NCBI GenBank assembly: GCA_051362555.1
Contig: JBPQGU010000016.1
Location: forward strand, 3,968,001-4,032,000
From: Lingula anatina
Taxonomy: Eukaryota; Animalia; Brachiopoda
DNA: 64,000 nt
Direction of reading: 5' to 3'
The notes below the pieces were generated by a model that had not been told where the DNA came from, ran no database searches, and saw nothing but the letters and a program-made list of their open reading frames with translations. Positions 1 through 12,537 of this stretch are shown one piece after another; position 1 is the stretch's first letter; every line of letters begins with the position of its first letter. Position numbers and translations under genes: made by a program.

Positions 1-3000
1 CCCCCCCCCCTCTCAGATTCTGTTCTCAGAGCTTATTTTTGGATCATCTTTAAAGCTAGAATTGGGGGCCTTGATGAAGTGACCAGGGCGCGTTTCCACA
101 TTTTTTATGAATGACAGGTGTGGTAGATTGATTTTCGTCACTTTTTGGAAAAATCGGAGACTGGTCGATTTTTGGTGATTTTGAGTGATTTTGAACAGTG
201 CCGGCACTGTGAGATTTCTTCAATTTTGGCCAGGTAGGGATGAAAATTTTTTTTCTTCATTATAGTGTCAGGTAGGTGTGTTCGGTCATTTGTAGTAAGA
301 ATAAAGTGCTGGAAGAGTGGTGGTGTCAACATTAAGGAAGAAAAAGAGCAAAAACTCTCTCTCCCCCCCCCCTCTCAGATTCTGTTCTCAGAGCTTATTT
401 TTGGATCATCTTTAAAAAGCTAGAATTGGGGGCCTTGATGAAGTGACCCGGGCGCGTTTCCACATTTTTTATGAATGACAGGTGTGGTAGATTGATTTTC
501 GTCACTTTTTGGAAAAATCGGAGACGGGTCGATTTTTGGTGATTTTGAGTGATTTTGAACAGTGCCGGCACTGTGTGATTTCTTCAATTTTGGCCAGGTA
601 GGGATGAAAATTTTTTTTCTTCATTATAGTGTCAGGTAGGTGTGTTCGGTCATTTGTAGTAAGAATAAAGTGCTGGAAGAGTGGTGGTGTCAACATTAAG
701 GAAGAAATAGAGCAAAAACTCTCTCTCCCCCCCCCCCTCTCAGATTCTGTTCTCAGAGCTTATTTTTGGATCATCTTTAAAAAGCTTGAATTGGGGGCCT
801 TGATGAAGTGACCCGGGCGCGTTTCCACATTTTTTATGAATGACAGGTGTGGTAGATTGATTTTCGTCACTTTTTGGAAAAATCGGAGACGGGTCGATTT
901 TTGGTGATTTTGAGTGATTTTGAACAGTGCCGACACTGTGAGATTTCTTCAATTTTGGCCAGGTAGGGATGAAAATTTTTTTTCTTCATTATAGTGTCAG
1001 GTAGGTGTGTTCGGTCATTTGTAGTAAGAATAAAGTGCTGGAAGAGTGGTGGTGTCAACATTAAGGAAGAAATAGAGCAAAAACTCTCTCTCCCCCCCCC
1101 CCTCTCAGATTCTGTTCTCAGAGCTTATTTTTGGATCATCTTTAAAAAGCTAGAATTGGGGGCCTTGATGAAGTGACCCGGGCGCGTTTCCACATTTTTT
1201 ATGAATGACAGGTGTGGTAGATTGATTTTCGTCACTTTTTGGAAAAATCGGAGACGGGTCGATTTTTGGTGATTTTGAGTGATTTTGAACAGTGCCGGCA
1301 CTGTGAGATTTCTTCAATTTTGGCCAGGTAGGGATGAAAATTTTTTTCTTCATTATAGTGTCAGGTAGGTGTGTTCGGTCATTTGTAGTAAGAATAAAGT
1401 GCTGGAAGAGTGGTGGTGTCAACATTAAGGAAGAAATAGAGCAAAAACTCTCTCTCCCCCCCACCTCTCAGATTCTGTTCTCAGAGCTTATTTTTGGATC
1501 ATCTTTAAAGCTAGAATTGGGGGCCTTGATGAAGTGACCAGGGCGCGTTTCCACATTTTTTATGAATGACAGGTGTGGTAGATTGATTTTCGTCACTTTT
1601 TGGAAAAATCGGAGACTGGTCGATTTTTGGTGATTTTGAGTGATTTTGAACAGTGCCGGCACTGTGAGATTTCTTCAATTTTGGCCAGGTAGGGATGAAA
1701 ATTTTTTTTCTTCATTATAGTGTCAGGTAGGTGTGTTCGGTCATTTGTAGTAAGAATAAAGTGCTGGAAGAGTGGTGGTGTCAACATTAAGGAAGAAAAA
1801 GAGCAAAAACTCTCTCTCCCCCCCCCTCTCAGATTCTGTTCTCAGAGCTTATTTTTGGATCATCTTTAAAAAGCTAGAATTGGGGGCCTTGATGAAGTGA
1901 CCCGGGCGCGTTTCCACATTTTTTATGAATGACAGGTGTGGTAGATTGATTTTCGTCACTTTTTGGAAAAATCGGAGACGGGTCGATTTTTGGTGATTTT
2001 GAGTGATTTTGAACAGTGCCGGCACTGTGAAATTTCTTCAATTTTGGCCAGGTAGGGATGAAAATTTTTTTTCTTCATTATAGTGTCAGGTAGGTGTGTT
2101 CGGTCATTTGTAGTAAGAATAAAGTGCTGGAAGAGTGGTGGTGTCAACATTAAGGAAGAAATAGAGCAAAAACTCTCTCTCCCCCCCCCTCCTCTCAGAT
2201 TCTGTTCTCAGAGCTTATTTTTGGATCATCTTTAAAGCTAGAATTGGGGGCCTTGATGAAGTGACCCGGGCGCGTTTCCACATTTTTTATGAATGACAGG
2301 TGTGGTAGATTGATTTTCGTCACTTTTTGGAAAAATCGGAGATGGGTCGATTTTTGGTGATTTTGAGTGATTTTGAACAGTGCCGGCACTGTGAGATTTC
2401 TTCAATTTTGGCCAGGTAGGGATGAAAATTTTTTTTCTTCATTATAGTGTCAGGTAGGTGTGTTCGGTCATTTGTAGTAAGAATAAAGTGCTGGAAGAGT
2501 GGTGGTGTCAACATTAAGGAAGAAATAGAGCAAAAACTCTCTCTCCCCCCCCCCTCTCAGATTCTGTTCTCAGAGCTTATTTTTGGATCATCTTTAAAGC
2601 TAGAATTGGGGGCCTTGATGAAGTGACCCGGGCGCGTTTCCACATTTTTTATGAATGACAGGTGTGGTAGATTGATTTTCGTCACTTTTTGGAAAAATCG
2701 GAGACGGGTCGATTTTTGGTGATTTTGAGTAATTTTGAACAGTGCCGGCACTGTGAGATTTCTTCAATTTTGGCCAGGTAGGGATGAAAATTTTTTTTCT
2801 TCATTATAGTGTCAGGTAGGTGTGTTCGGTCATTTGTAGTAAGAATAAAGTGCTGGAAGAGTGGTGGTGTCAACATTAAGGAAGAAATAGAGCAAAAAAC
2901 TCTCTCTCCCCCCCTCCCCCCTCTCAGATTCTGTTCTCAGAGCTTATTTTTGGATCATCTTTAAAGCTAGAATTGGGGGCCTTGATGAAGTGACCCGGGC

Positions 3001-6000
3001 ACGTTTCCACATTTTTTATGAATGACAGGTGTGGTAGATTGATTTTCGTCACTTTTTGGAAGAATCGGAGACGGGTCGATTTTTGGTGATTTTGAGTGAT
3101 TTTGAACAGTGCCGGCACTGTGTGATTTCTTCAATTTTGGCCAGGTAGGGATGAAAATTTTTTTTCTTCATTATAGTGTCAGGTAGGTGTGTTCGGTCAT
3201 TTGTAGTAAGAATAAAGTGCTGGATAAGTGGTGGTGTCTACATTAAGGAAGAAATAGAGCAAAAACTCTCTCTCCCCCCCTCCCCCCTCTCAGATTCTGT
3301 TCTCAGAGCTTATTTTTGGATCATCTTTAAAGCTAGAATTGGGGGCCTTGATGAAGTGACCCAGGCGCGTTTCCACATTTTTTATGAATGACAGGTGTGG
3401 TAGATTGATTTTCGTCACTTTTTGGAAAAATCGGAGACGGGTCGATTTTTGGTGATTTTGAGTGATTTTGAACAGTGCCGGCACTGTGAGATTTCTTCAA
3501 TTTTGGCCAGGTAGGGATAGAAAATTTTTTTTCTTCATTATAGTGTCAGGTAGGTGTGTTCGGTCATTTGTAGTAAGAATAAAGTGCTGGAAGAGTGGTG
3601 GTGTCAACATTAAGGAAGAAATAGAGCAAAAAACTCTCTCTCCCCCCCTCCCCCCTCTCAGATTCTGTTCTCAGAGCTTATTTTTGGATCATCTTTAAAG
3701 CTAGAATTGGGGGCCTTGATGAAGTGACCCGGGCGCGTTTCCACATTTTTTATGAATGACAGGTGTGGTAGATTGATTTTCGTCACTTTTTGGAAGAATC
3801 GGAGACGGGTCGATTTTTGTTGATTTTGAGTGATTTTGAACAGTGCCGGCACTGTGTGATTTCTTCAATTTTGGCCAGGTAGGGATGAAAATTTTTTTTC
3901 TTCATTATAGTGTCAGGTAGGTGTGTTCGGTCATTTGTAGTAAGAATAAAGTGCTGGAAGAGTGGTGGTGTCAACATTAAGGAAGAAATAGAGCAAAAAC
4001 TCTCTCTCCCCCCCTCCCCCCTCTCAGATTCTGTTCTCAGAGCTTATTTTTGGATCATCTTTAAAGCTAGAATTGGGGGCCTTGATGAAGTGACCCAGGC
4101 GCGTTTCCACATTTTTTATGAATGACAGGTGTGGTAGATTGATTTTCGTCACTTTTTGGAAAAATCGGAGACGGGTCGATTTTTGGTGATTTTGAGTGAT
4201 TTTGAACAGTGCCGGCACTGAGATTTCTTCAATTTTGGCCAGGTACGGATGAAAATTTTTTTTTCATTATAGTGTCAGGTAGGTGTGTTCGGTCATTTGT
4301 AGTAAGAATAAAGTGCTGGAAGAGTGGTGGTGTCAACATCAAGGAAGAAATAGAGCAAAAACTCTCTCTCCCCCCCCCCCCCTCTCAGATTCTGTTCTCA
4401 GAGCTTATTTTTGGATCATCTTTAAAGCTAGAATTGGGGGCCTTGATGAAGTGACCCGGGCGCGTTTCCACATTTTTTATGAATGACAGGTGTGGTAGAT
4501 TGATTTTCGTCACTTTTTGGAAAAATCGGAGATGGGTCGATTTTTGGTGATTTTGAGTGATTTTGAACAGTGCCGGCACTGTGAGATTTCTTCAATTTTG
4601 GCCAGGTAGGGATGAAAATTTTTTTTCTTCATTATAGTGTCAGGTAGGTGTGTTCGGTCATTTGTAGTAAGAATAAAGTGCTGGAAGAGTGGTGGTGTCA
4701 ACATTAAGGAAGAAATAGAGCAAAAACTCTCTCTCCCCCCCCCTCTCAGATTCTGTTCTCAGAGCTTATTTTTGGATCATCTTTAAAGCTAGAATTGGGG
4801 GCCTTGATGAAGTGACCCGGGCGCGTTTCCACATTTTTTATGAATGACAGGTGTGGTAGATTGATTTTCGTCACTTTTTGGAAAAATCGGAGACGGGTCG
4901 ATTTTTGGTGATTTTGAGTGATTTTGAACAGTGCCGGCACTGTGAGATTTCTTCAATTTTGGCCAGGTAGGGATGAAAATTTTTTTTCTTCATTATAGTG
5001 TCAGGTAGGTGTGTTCGGTCATTTGTAGTAAGAATAAAGTGCTGGAAGAGTGGTGGTGTCAACATTAAGGAAGAAATAGAGCAAAAAACTCTCTCTCCCC
5101 CCCTCCCCCCTCTCAGATTCTGTTCTCAGAGCTTATTTTTGGATCATCTTTAAAGCTAGAATTGGGGGCCTTGATGAAGTGACCCGGGCGCGTTTCCACA
5201 TTTTTTATGAATGACAGGTGTGGTAGATTGATTTTCGTCACTTTTTGGAAGAATCGGAGACGGGTCGATTTTTGGTGATTTTGAGTGATTTTGAACAGTG
5301 CCGGCACTGTGTGATTTCTTCAATTTTGGCCAGGTAGGAATGAAAATTTTTTTTCTTCATTATAGTGTCAGGTAGGTGTGTTCGGTCATTTGTAGTAAGA
5401 ATAAAGTGCTGGAAGAGTGGTGGTGTCAACATTAAGGAAGAAATAGAGCAAAAACTCTCTCTCCCCCCCTCCCCCCTCTCAGATTCTGTTCTCAGAGCTT
5501 ATTTTTGGATCATCTTTAAAGCTAGAATTGGGGGCCTTCATGAAGTGACCCAGGCGCGTTTCCACATTTTTTATGAATGACAGGTGTGGTAGATTGATTT
5601 TCGTCACTTTTTGGAAAAATCGGAGACGGGTCGATTTTTGGTGATTTTGAGTGATTTTGAACAGTGCCGGCACTGTGAGATTTCTTCAATTTTGGCCAGG
5701 TAGGGATGAAAATTTTTTTTTTCATTATAGTGTCAGGTAGGTGTGTTCGGTCATTTGTAGTAAGAATAAAGTGCTGGAAGAGTGGTGGTGTCAACATCAA
5801 GGAAGAAATAGAGCAAAAACTCTCTCTCCCCCCCCCCCCCCTCTCAGATTCTGTTCTCAGAGCTTATTTTTGGATCATCTTTAAAGCTAGAATTGGGGGC
5901 CTTGATGAAGTGACCCGGGCGCGTTTCCACATTTTTTATGAATGACAGGTGTGGTAGATTGATTTTCGTCACTTTTTGGAAAAATCGGAGACGGGTCGAT

Positions 6001-8510
6001 TTTTGGTGATTTTGAGTGATTTTGAACAGTGCCGGCACTGTGAGATTTCTTCAATTTTGGCCAGGTAGGGATAGAAAATTTTTTTTCTTCATTATAGTGT
6101 CAGGTAGGTGTGTTCGGTCATTTGTAGTAAGAATAAAGTGCTGGAAGAGTGGTGGTGTCAACATTAAGGAAGAAATAGAGCAAAAAACTCTCTCTCCCCC
6201 CCTCCCCCCTCTCAGATTCTGTTCTCAGAGCTTATTTTTGGATCATCTTTAAAGCTAGAATTGGGGGCCTTGATGAAGTGACCCGGGCGCGTTTCCACAT
6301 TTTTTATGAATGACAGGTGTGGTAGATTGATTTTCGTCACTTTTTGGAAGAATCGGAGACGGGTCGATTTTTGGTGATTTTGAGTGATTTTGAACAGTGC
6401 CGGCACTGTGTGATTTCTTCAATTTTGGCCAGGTAGGGATGAAAATTTTTTTTCTTCATTATAGTGTCAGGTAGGTGTGTTCGGTCATTTGTAGTAAGAA
6501 TAAAGTGCTGGAAGAGTGGTGGTGTCAACATTAAGGAAGAAATAGAGCAAAAACTCACTCTCCCCCCCTCCCCCCTCTCAGATTCTGTTCTCAGAGCTTA
6601 TTTTTGGATCATCTTTAAAGCTAGAATTGGGGGCCTTGATGAAGTGACCCAGGCGCGTTTCCACATTTTTTATGAATGACAGGTGTGGTAGATTGATTTT
6701 CGTCACTTTTTGGAAAAATCGGAGACGGGTCGATTTTTGGTGATTTTGAGTGATTTTGAACAGTGCCGGCACTGTGAGATTTCTTCAATTTTGGCCAGGT
6801 AGGGATGAAAATTTTTTTTTTCATTATAGTGTCAGGTAGGTGTGTTCGGTCATTTGTAGTAAGAATAAAGTGCTGGAAGAGTGGTGGTGTCAACATCAAG
6901 GAAGAAATAGAGCAAAAACTCTCTCTCCCCCCCCCCTCTCAGATTCTGTTCTCAGAGCTTATTTTTGGATCATCTTTAAAGCTAGAATTGGGGGCCTTGA
7001 TGAAGTGACCCGGGCGCGTTTCCACATTTTTTATGAATGACAGGTGTGGTAGATTGATTTTCGTCACTTTTTGGAAAAATCGGAGACGGGTCGATTTTTG
7101 GTGATTTTGAGTGATTTTGAACAGTACCGGCACTGTGAGATTTCTTCAATTTTGGCCAGGTAGGGATAGAAAATTTTTTTTCTTCATTATAGTGTCAGGT
7201 AGGTGTGTTCGGTCATTTGTAGTAAGAATAAAGTGCTGGAAGAGTGGTGGTGTCAACATTAACGAAGAAATAGAGCAAAAACTCTCTCTCCCCCCCCCCT
7301 CTCAGATTCTGTTCTCAGAGCTTATTTTTGGATCATCTTTAAAGCTAGAATTGGGGGCCTTGATGAAGTGACCTGGGCGCGTTTCCACATTTTTTATGAA
7401 TGACAGGTGTGGTAGGTTGATTTTCGTCACTTTTTGGAAAAATCGGAGACGGGTCGATTTTTGGTGATTTTGAGTGATTTTGAACAGTGCCGGCACTGTG
7501 AGATTTCTTCAATTTTGGCCAGGTAGGGATGAAAAATTTTTTTCTTCATTATAGTGTCAGGTAGGTGTGTTCGGTCATTTGTAGTAAGAATAAAGTGCTG
7601 GAAGAGTGGTGGTGTCAACATTAAGGAAGAAATAGAGCAAAAACTCTCTCTCCCCCCCCCCTCTCAGATTCTGTTCTCAGAGCTTATTTTTGGATCATCT
7701 TTAAAGCTAGAATTGGGGGCCTTGATGAAGTGACCCGGGCGCGTTTCCACATTTTTTATGAATGACAGGTGTGGTAGGTTGATTTTCGTCACTTTTTGGA
7801 AAAATCGGAGACGGGTCGATTTTTGGTGATTTTGAGTGATTTTGAACAGTGCCGGCACTGTGAGATTTCTTTAATTTTGGCCAGGTAGGGATGAAAATTT
7901 TTTTTCTTCATTATAGTGTCAGGTAATTGTGTTCGGTCATTTGTAGTAAGAATAAAGTGCTGGAAGAGTGGTGGTGTCAACATCAAGGAAGAAATAAAGC
8001 AAAAACTCTCTCTCCCCCCCCCCCCCCTCAGATTCTGTTCTCAGAGCTTATTTTTGGATCATCTTTAAAGCTAGAATTGGGGGCCTTGATGTAGTGACCC
8101 GGGCGTGTTTCCACATTTTTTATGAATGACAGGTGTGGTAGATTGATTTTCGTCACTTTTTGGAAAAATCGGAGACGGGTCGATTTTTGGTGATTTTGAG
8201 TGATTTTGAACAGTGCTGGCAATGTGAGATTTCTTCAATTTTGGCCAGGTAGGGATGAAATGTTTTTTTTCTTCATTATAGTGTCAGGAAGGTGTGTTCG
8301 GTCAGTTGTATTAAGAATAAAGTGCTGGAAGAGTGGTGGTGTCAATATTAAGGAAGAAATAGAGCAAGAACAAGTCCTACCTGGAACAATAGAGCAAGTT
8401 TCCACATTTTTTATGAATGACAGGTGTGGTAGATTGATTTTCGTCACTTTTTGGAAAAATCGGAGACGGGTCGATTTTTGGTGATTTTGAGTGATTTTGA
8501 ACAGTGCCGG
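1..8510. repeat. Satellite DNA array (left), ~362-366-bp monomer, ~23 copies, runs off window start
   Basis: Tandem recurrence of the same unit (poly-C, CTCTCAGATTCTGTTCTCAGAGC...ACAGTGCCGGCACTGT...GAAATAGAGCAAAAACTCTCTCT). Monomers read TTTTCGTCAC and carry scattered shared variants. Confidence 0.99.
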
Positions 8511-8549
8511 TGTAGCGTGCCGTAGAGTCCGGCCCTTTCAGAGTCCGGC

Positions 8550-8608
8550 GGACCCTATGTTTTAAAACTGAGTGTCCGGCAGACACTCAGTTTTAAAACA
8601 TAGGGTCC
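8550..8608. repeat. Perfect inverted repeat (27-bp stem, 5-nt loop) in left end of Ginger element
   Basis: GGACCCTATGTTTTAAAACTGAGTGTC-cggca-GACACTCAGTTTTAAAACATAGGGTCC. Confidence 0.95.
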
Positions 8609-9162
8609 ACGGATACTAAGTTTTAAATCTGAAAGTCCGGGGGACTTCATATATTAAAACGCACAGTCCGCAGACTTTTAGATTTAAAATGGACAGTCCG
8701 CTTTGAATCGGAGGGCCCCCCTAATTGTGGCATTTTAGGCAATAGAAAATGGAGTTTAATCCGTACTAATACGGCTATATTCCTTATTTTTTTGCAATAT
8801 GTACGCTTTATACATTTCATTGAAGTAATAGTTATATTGGTGCAATATAATTGTAACCAATTATCAATAAAAAATAAAATTTATTGAATTAAAAAGACAA
8901 GAATACAGAAAGCCTGGGTGTTTATTGTTTACAATCTTTGTTTTACAAAATACTCATTTGTGTCATTCTTTTATATTTAATTGGTTTCAGCTTCGCCTTC
9001 AGCTCTGAAATACAGAAAAATCAACGTGCTGTAAATGCCGTCCAAATTGGTAATGAAAACGCAATGACAATATATATAAAGTTGATGTTTCAATAGCTAA
9101 CATTGTTTTTATAGATTAGATAAAAGATGTTTTTTACATTTTATAATTTTTAAAAAGAAAAA

Positions 9163-9809
9163 TCACCTATTTTCTCTGTACTGCTTTAGTTGACCAGCAC
9201 CCACAGCCCTCTTAAACTTTTTCCCTTCTAAATTTTGCAGAATATACGTGCCGTTTGGCTTCTTCGCCACTATTGTGTATGGTCCCATGTACCTTGGGGC
9301 AGCTTTGCCTCCCTTTCTATCTTCCCTTCTGAGGTTTTTCTTTAAAACTTTACTTCCAACCTGAAAGTCCTTCGTGAAAAATATTTAAAATGGTATGTAT
9401 TATCGATGGTAAAAAAGAATATATGCCACACACCATTGATACTACGTACCTTAAAGGAAATTACACAATGTCAATATATTTGATAAAGATATTGATTTTC
9501 TGTGAAAATAAGACATTACTTAAGTTTTTAATCCTTAGTATATCATTAACAAGAAATTAATTCCTACTTCACTCTGGTGTCTCAGGTCGTAATATTTTTT
9601 TTGCTTTTCTTGGGCAGTACGGATGTTCCTTTGTGCTGCTTGTCTGACAATATTGTTAAGGTGGTTAATGGTTTCTACCCTGGAATGCACATCTTCCACA
9701 ATTTCACCAACTTCTTCATCAGTTTGAAGACTTGGTTCCCTGAAATTAAGTGTATTGGCAGTTATTATTCAAAATGTCGTTGGCATTAGATCTGTCATAT
9801 TGTCAGCAC

Positions 9810-9853
<44 letters not shown>

Positions 9854-11826
9854 TCATCTATCAGTTAATGTACATAGAAATAAAAATAATTATTTACAAC
9901 TGCAACTTTTAATAAAAGTGAATCTCTAATTTTTTCTTTTATTGATTTATAAGAGTATATTTCAATTTGATGCGATTAAAATACATACACTCCAAACATC
10001 AAGAAATAGGGACTCATCTTGGTGGAATCTTGTATTGCTGTGTTGTAGGCAAATACACAGCCAGCTAGGGTATCGTCCCACCTTTTTGGGTCGTCGTATG
10101 ACTTTGCCATACTATTTTGAATGGTCTGATTGAATCTCTCTGTGTTTGAAGAGCAATAAAGTAAAATAGCATCATCAATGCCAATAGAAATCAGTATAGA
10201 ACGTGAGGTACTATAAGGTGAGGTACTATAAACCTTATAGAGTAAAATAAAAAACACTGTAAAGGCGTTTAAAAAAAAGCGAATTAGAAAAAATTATGTA
10301 ACATTTACTATGTGTTTGCGTTAAAATTTCGAACTGGCACTAATAGGGAAAGTTCTAAATTTATTAAATAATAAAAAGATCGCCGATTTAGTTAGTATGA
10401 AGCAGATCGACTCACCAGTTAAGCCGTTTGACTGTGGGTGATATGGAGAGGTTATTTGTCTTCTTGTTTTAGTTGTTTTACAAATCTCATCAATGAGGTG
10501 GTTGTTGAATTCCCGACCCTGGTCAGAGATGATCACACTCGGGAATCCAAATCTAAATCAGGTAATCGATAGCATTAATAAATAAAATATAAGATAACAT
10601 GAGTTTAATATATTATCTCAATATGTTATTTAATAATGACGAGATGCATAGATGATTCACAGGCAAAATGAAGAAGTTTTAGCACTATAGAATAAAACAC
10701 TCACATCATCATGAGTTCAAGGAGGTATGAAGCTACTTCAGTGGCACATTTGCTCTTAAAAGGTTTTGCCGAAGCATGTTTTGTCAAATAGCACAACACT
10801 GAACAGAAGTACTTGTTTCCGTTGTACGATTCCTCCATTGCCACAAGGTCAATTCCAATCTGTAATAGATATTTTATAATAACATGAATATAAAGTAATA
10901 TCTGTGTTAAAGGAAAAAGGCATTGCGGGTGTGTTACATTTTGGCCTGTCATGTATAATAATTGATGGATAACAATTTCGTAATCTTTATTAAGCTTTTT
11001 TCTATATTTTAATGTGTAATTATTAAAAAGGGGTAACTACCTGGCTCCATGGCTTACAACTAGACACTGGTACTGGGTGGAGAGGAGGGGTGGTGTTCTT
11101 AGCTTTTGGATTTTGCATTTGACATCTATGGCACCTAGCTATGTATTTTTTTACATCATCTGACATGCGATGCCAAAAGAAACGTTGCTGCACTTTGAGG
11201 AGAGTCTTTGTGACTCCCATGTGACCACCTACATTAAAACATTAAAAGAGACATTAAAGATAATGCAAAATACTAAAAGCATATAATGCCAACCAAATAA
11301 TTTAAAAATATAATAAGTCTGAACATAAGTTGCGTCCTTACTTTCGTCATGTAATTGCTTTATTATTGTGTGCTTCTCCTCAGAATTTTCCACAACTTTC
11401 CTCCATTTTCCGTTAGTGACCGTGGTTCCTCCATCCTCAACATTATTGATTTTCTTTTCAGTTCTGTACAATAGTATTCCATCTTGTAGCTAGAAAAAAA
11501 GGGAAATTAAGAAATACGCTATGCGCGCTCCATGAGGTAGAGACGAAAATGTTGATACGAAATTAAAAAATGCTTGTGTTATCATGCAGTTACAGCGTCT
11601 TTGTATACACCCAATGAACACTTTTTTACAATGCTTCTTGCATTATGTAATTATATGACAACCTGCAAATTGACAGTCTGAAACAGTGTTAAATATACGC
11701 AGCTAGTATTTTGTTTACCTTGTAATGTTTTTTAGCGGTGCGTCTCAAACATCTTTTAGCGTTCAACGTTGCGCCAGCTTGGTACTTTCCCTCTAATAAA
11801 TACAACCGCACCGCTTTAGGATCCAT
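9163..11826 (-). CDS. Spliced Ginger1/GIN1-like transposase (H2C2 zinc finger + DDE core + GPY/F), ~421 aa (429 aa if terminal exon 8977-9004 is used)
   Basis: Manual GT-AG exon model (minus strand): 11826-11719, 11489-11342, 11228-11041, 10859-10705, 10552-10416, 10139-9989, 9739-9568, 9369-9163 (TGA); total 1266 nt, in frame, no internal stop. Motifs: MDPKAVRLYLLEGKY..KRCLRR; LHDESGHMG..RFFW..CHRCQ; IGID; ISDQGREF; SPYHPQSNGLTERFNQT; FAYNT..SPYFLMFG; AQEKQKKYYD; YMGPYTIV. Optional splice 9167 to 9004 adds AEGEAETN*; AATAAA (minus) at 8921-8926. Confidence 0.9.
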
Positions 11827-12476
11827 CGTGAGTTGACTGCGAGTAAGATGAACCCTCCATAAATATATAGGTCTCGTGTGTGAAGAGTTATAATTCCCTG
11901 AGGCGTACCCATTAATACACGGGTGTATATCTTTAGATGGGTTTAGCTTTTACGTTGGTTTATCTAGTGAATGCAGTAAAATACACCCAGCGTAAAATGA
12001 GATTACCCATCGAAAAGTATTCACCAAATATTATGATAAAATAAAAAATAACATTGGTATAACGATAAAAAGGACCAATTATAGTTTAGGAATATGTTTA
12101 TATAAATACTCTGAAATGGGGCTCCTGTGTGATACGAACCTGTTTACTCACCATATCCATATCATCTGCTGGATAGCCTCTATTCCATCTCTGCATCTCT
12201 GCCACTGTACCACGAAGGAAGCTGTGCCGAAAACCCGAAACACGGTAACTCTTATTGTCAACGCCTTTTCGTGTTCAGTAGTAATACAATACGAATATTG
12301 ATTTCTATTCTTATGAACACTTAATACATGTATAAATATTTAAATTAGAGGACAAGCACGGACTCTGAGTTTTGCTATAGTTGTAACGTGACAGAAAGTC
12401 CGTGTAATAGAGAGTCCGGGGGACCCTATATTACACGGACTCTCTGTCACACTAGAGGGACCCTATATTTTAATGA

Positions 12477-12537
12477 GGACTCCCGGTTTCAGAAACCAGG
12501 GGTCCGTAGGACCCCTGGTTTCTGAAACCGGGAGTCC
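12477..12537. repeat. Perfect inverted repeat (29-bp stem, 3-nt loop) in right end of Ginger element
   Basis: GGACTCCCGGTTTCAGAAACCAGGGGTCC-gta-GGACCCCTGGTTTCTGAAACCGGGAGTCC. Confidence 0.95.

Noticed and set aside
9815-9849. Poly-A as tail of a retroposed insertion or an extra exon acceptor
   Set aside because: No TSD or element body is seen. It lies in a transposase intron, and the acceptor at 9740 already gives the conserved in-frame FGVEP junction.
9163-11826. Domesticated host gene GIN1/GIN2
   Set aside because: It lies between transposon ends with a TSD inside a satellite monomer, so no gene symbol is assigned.
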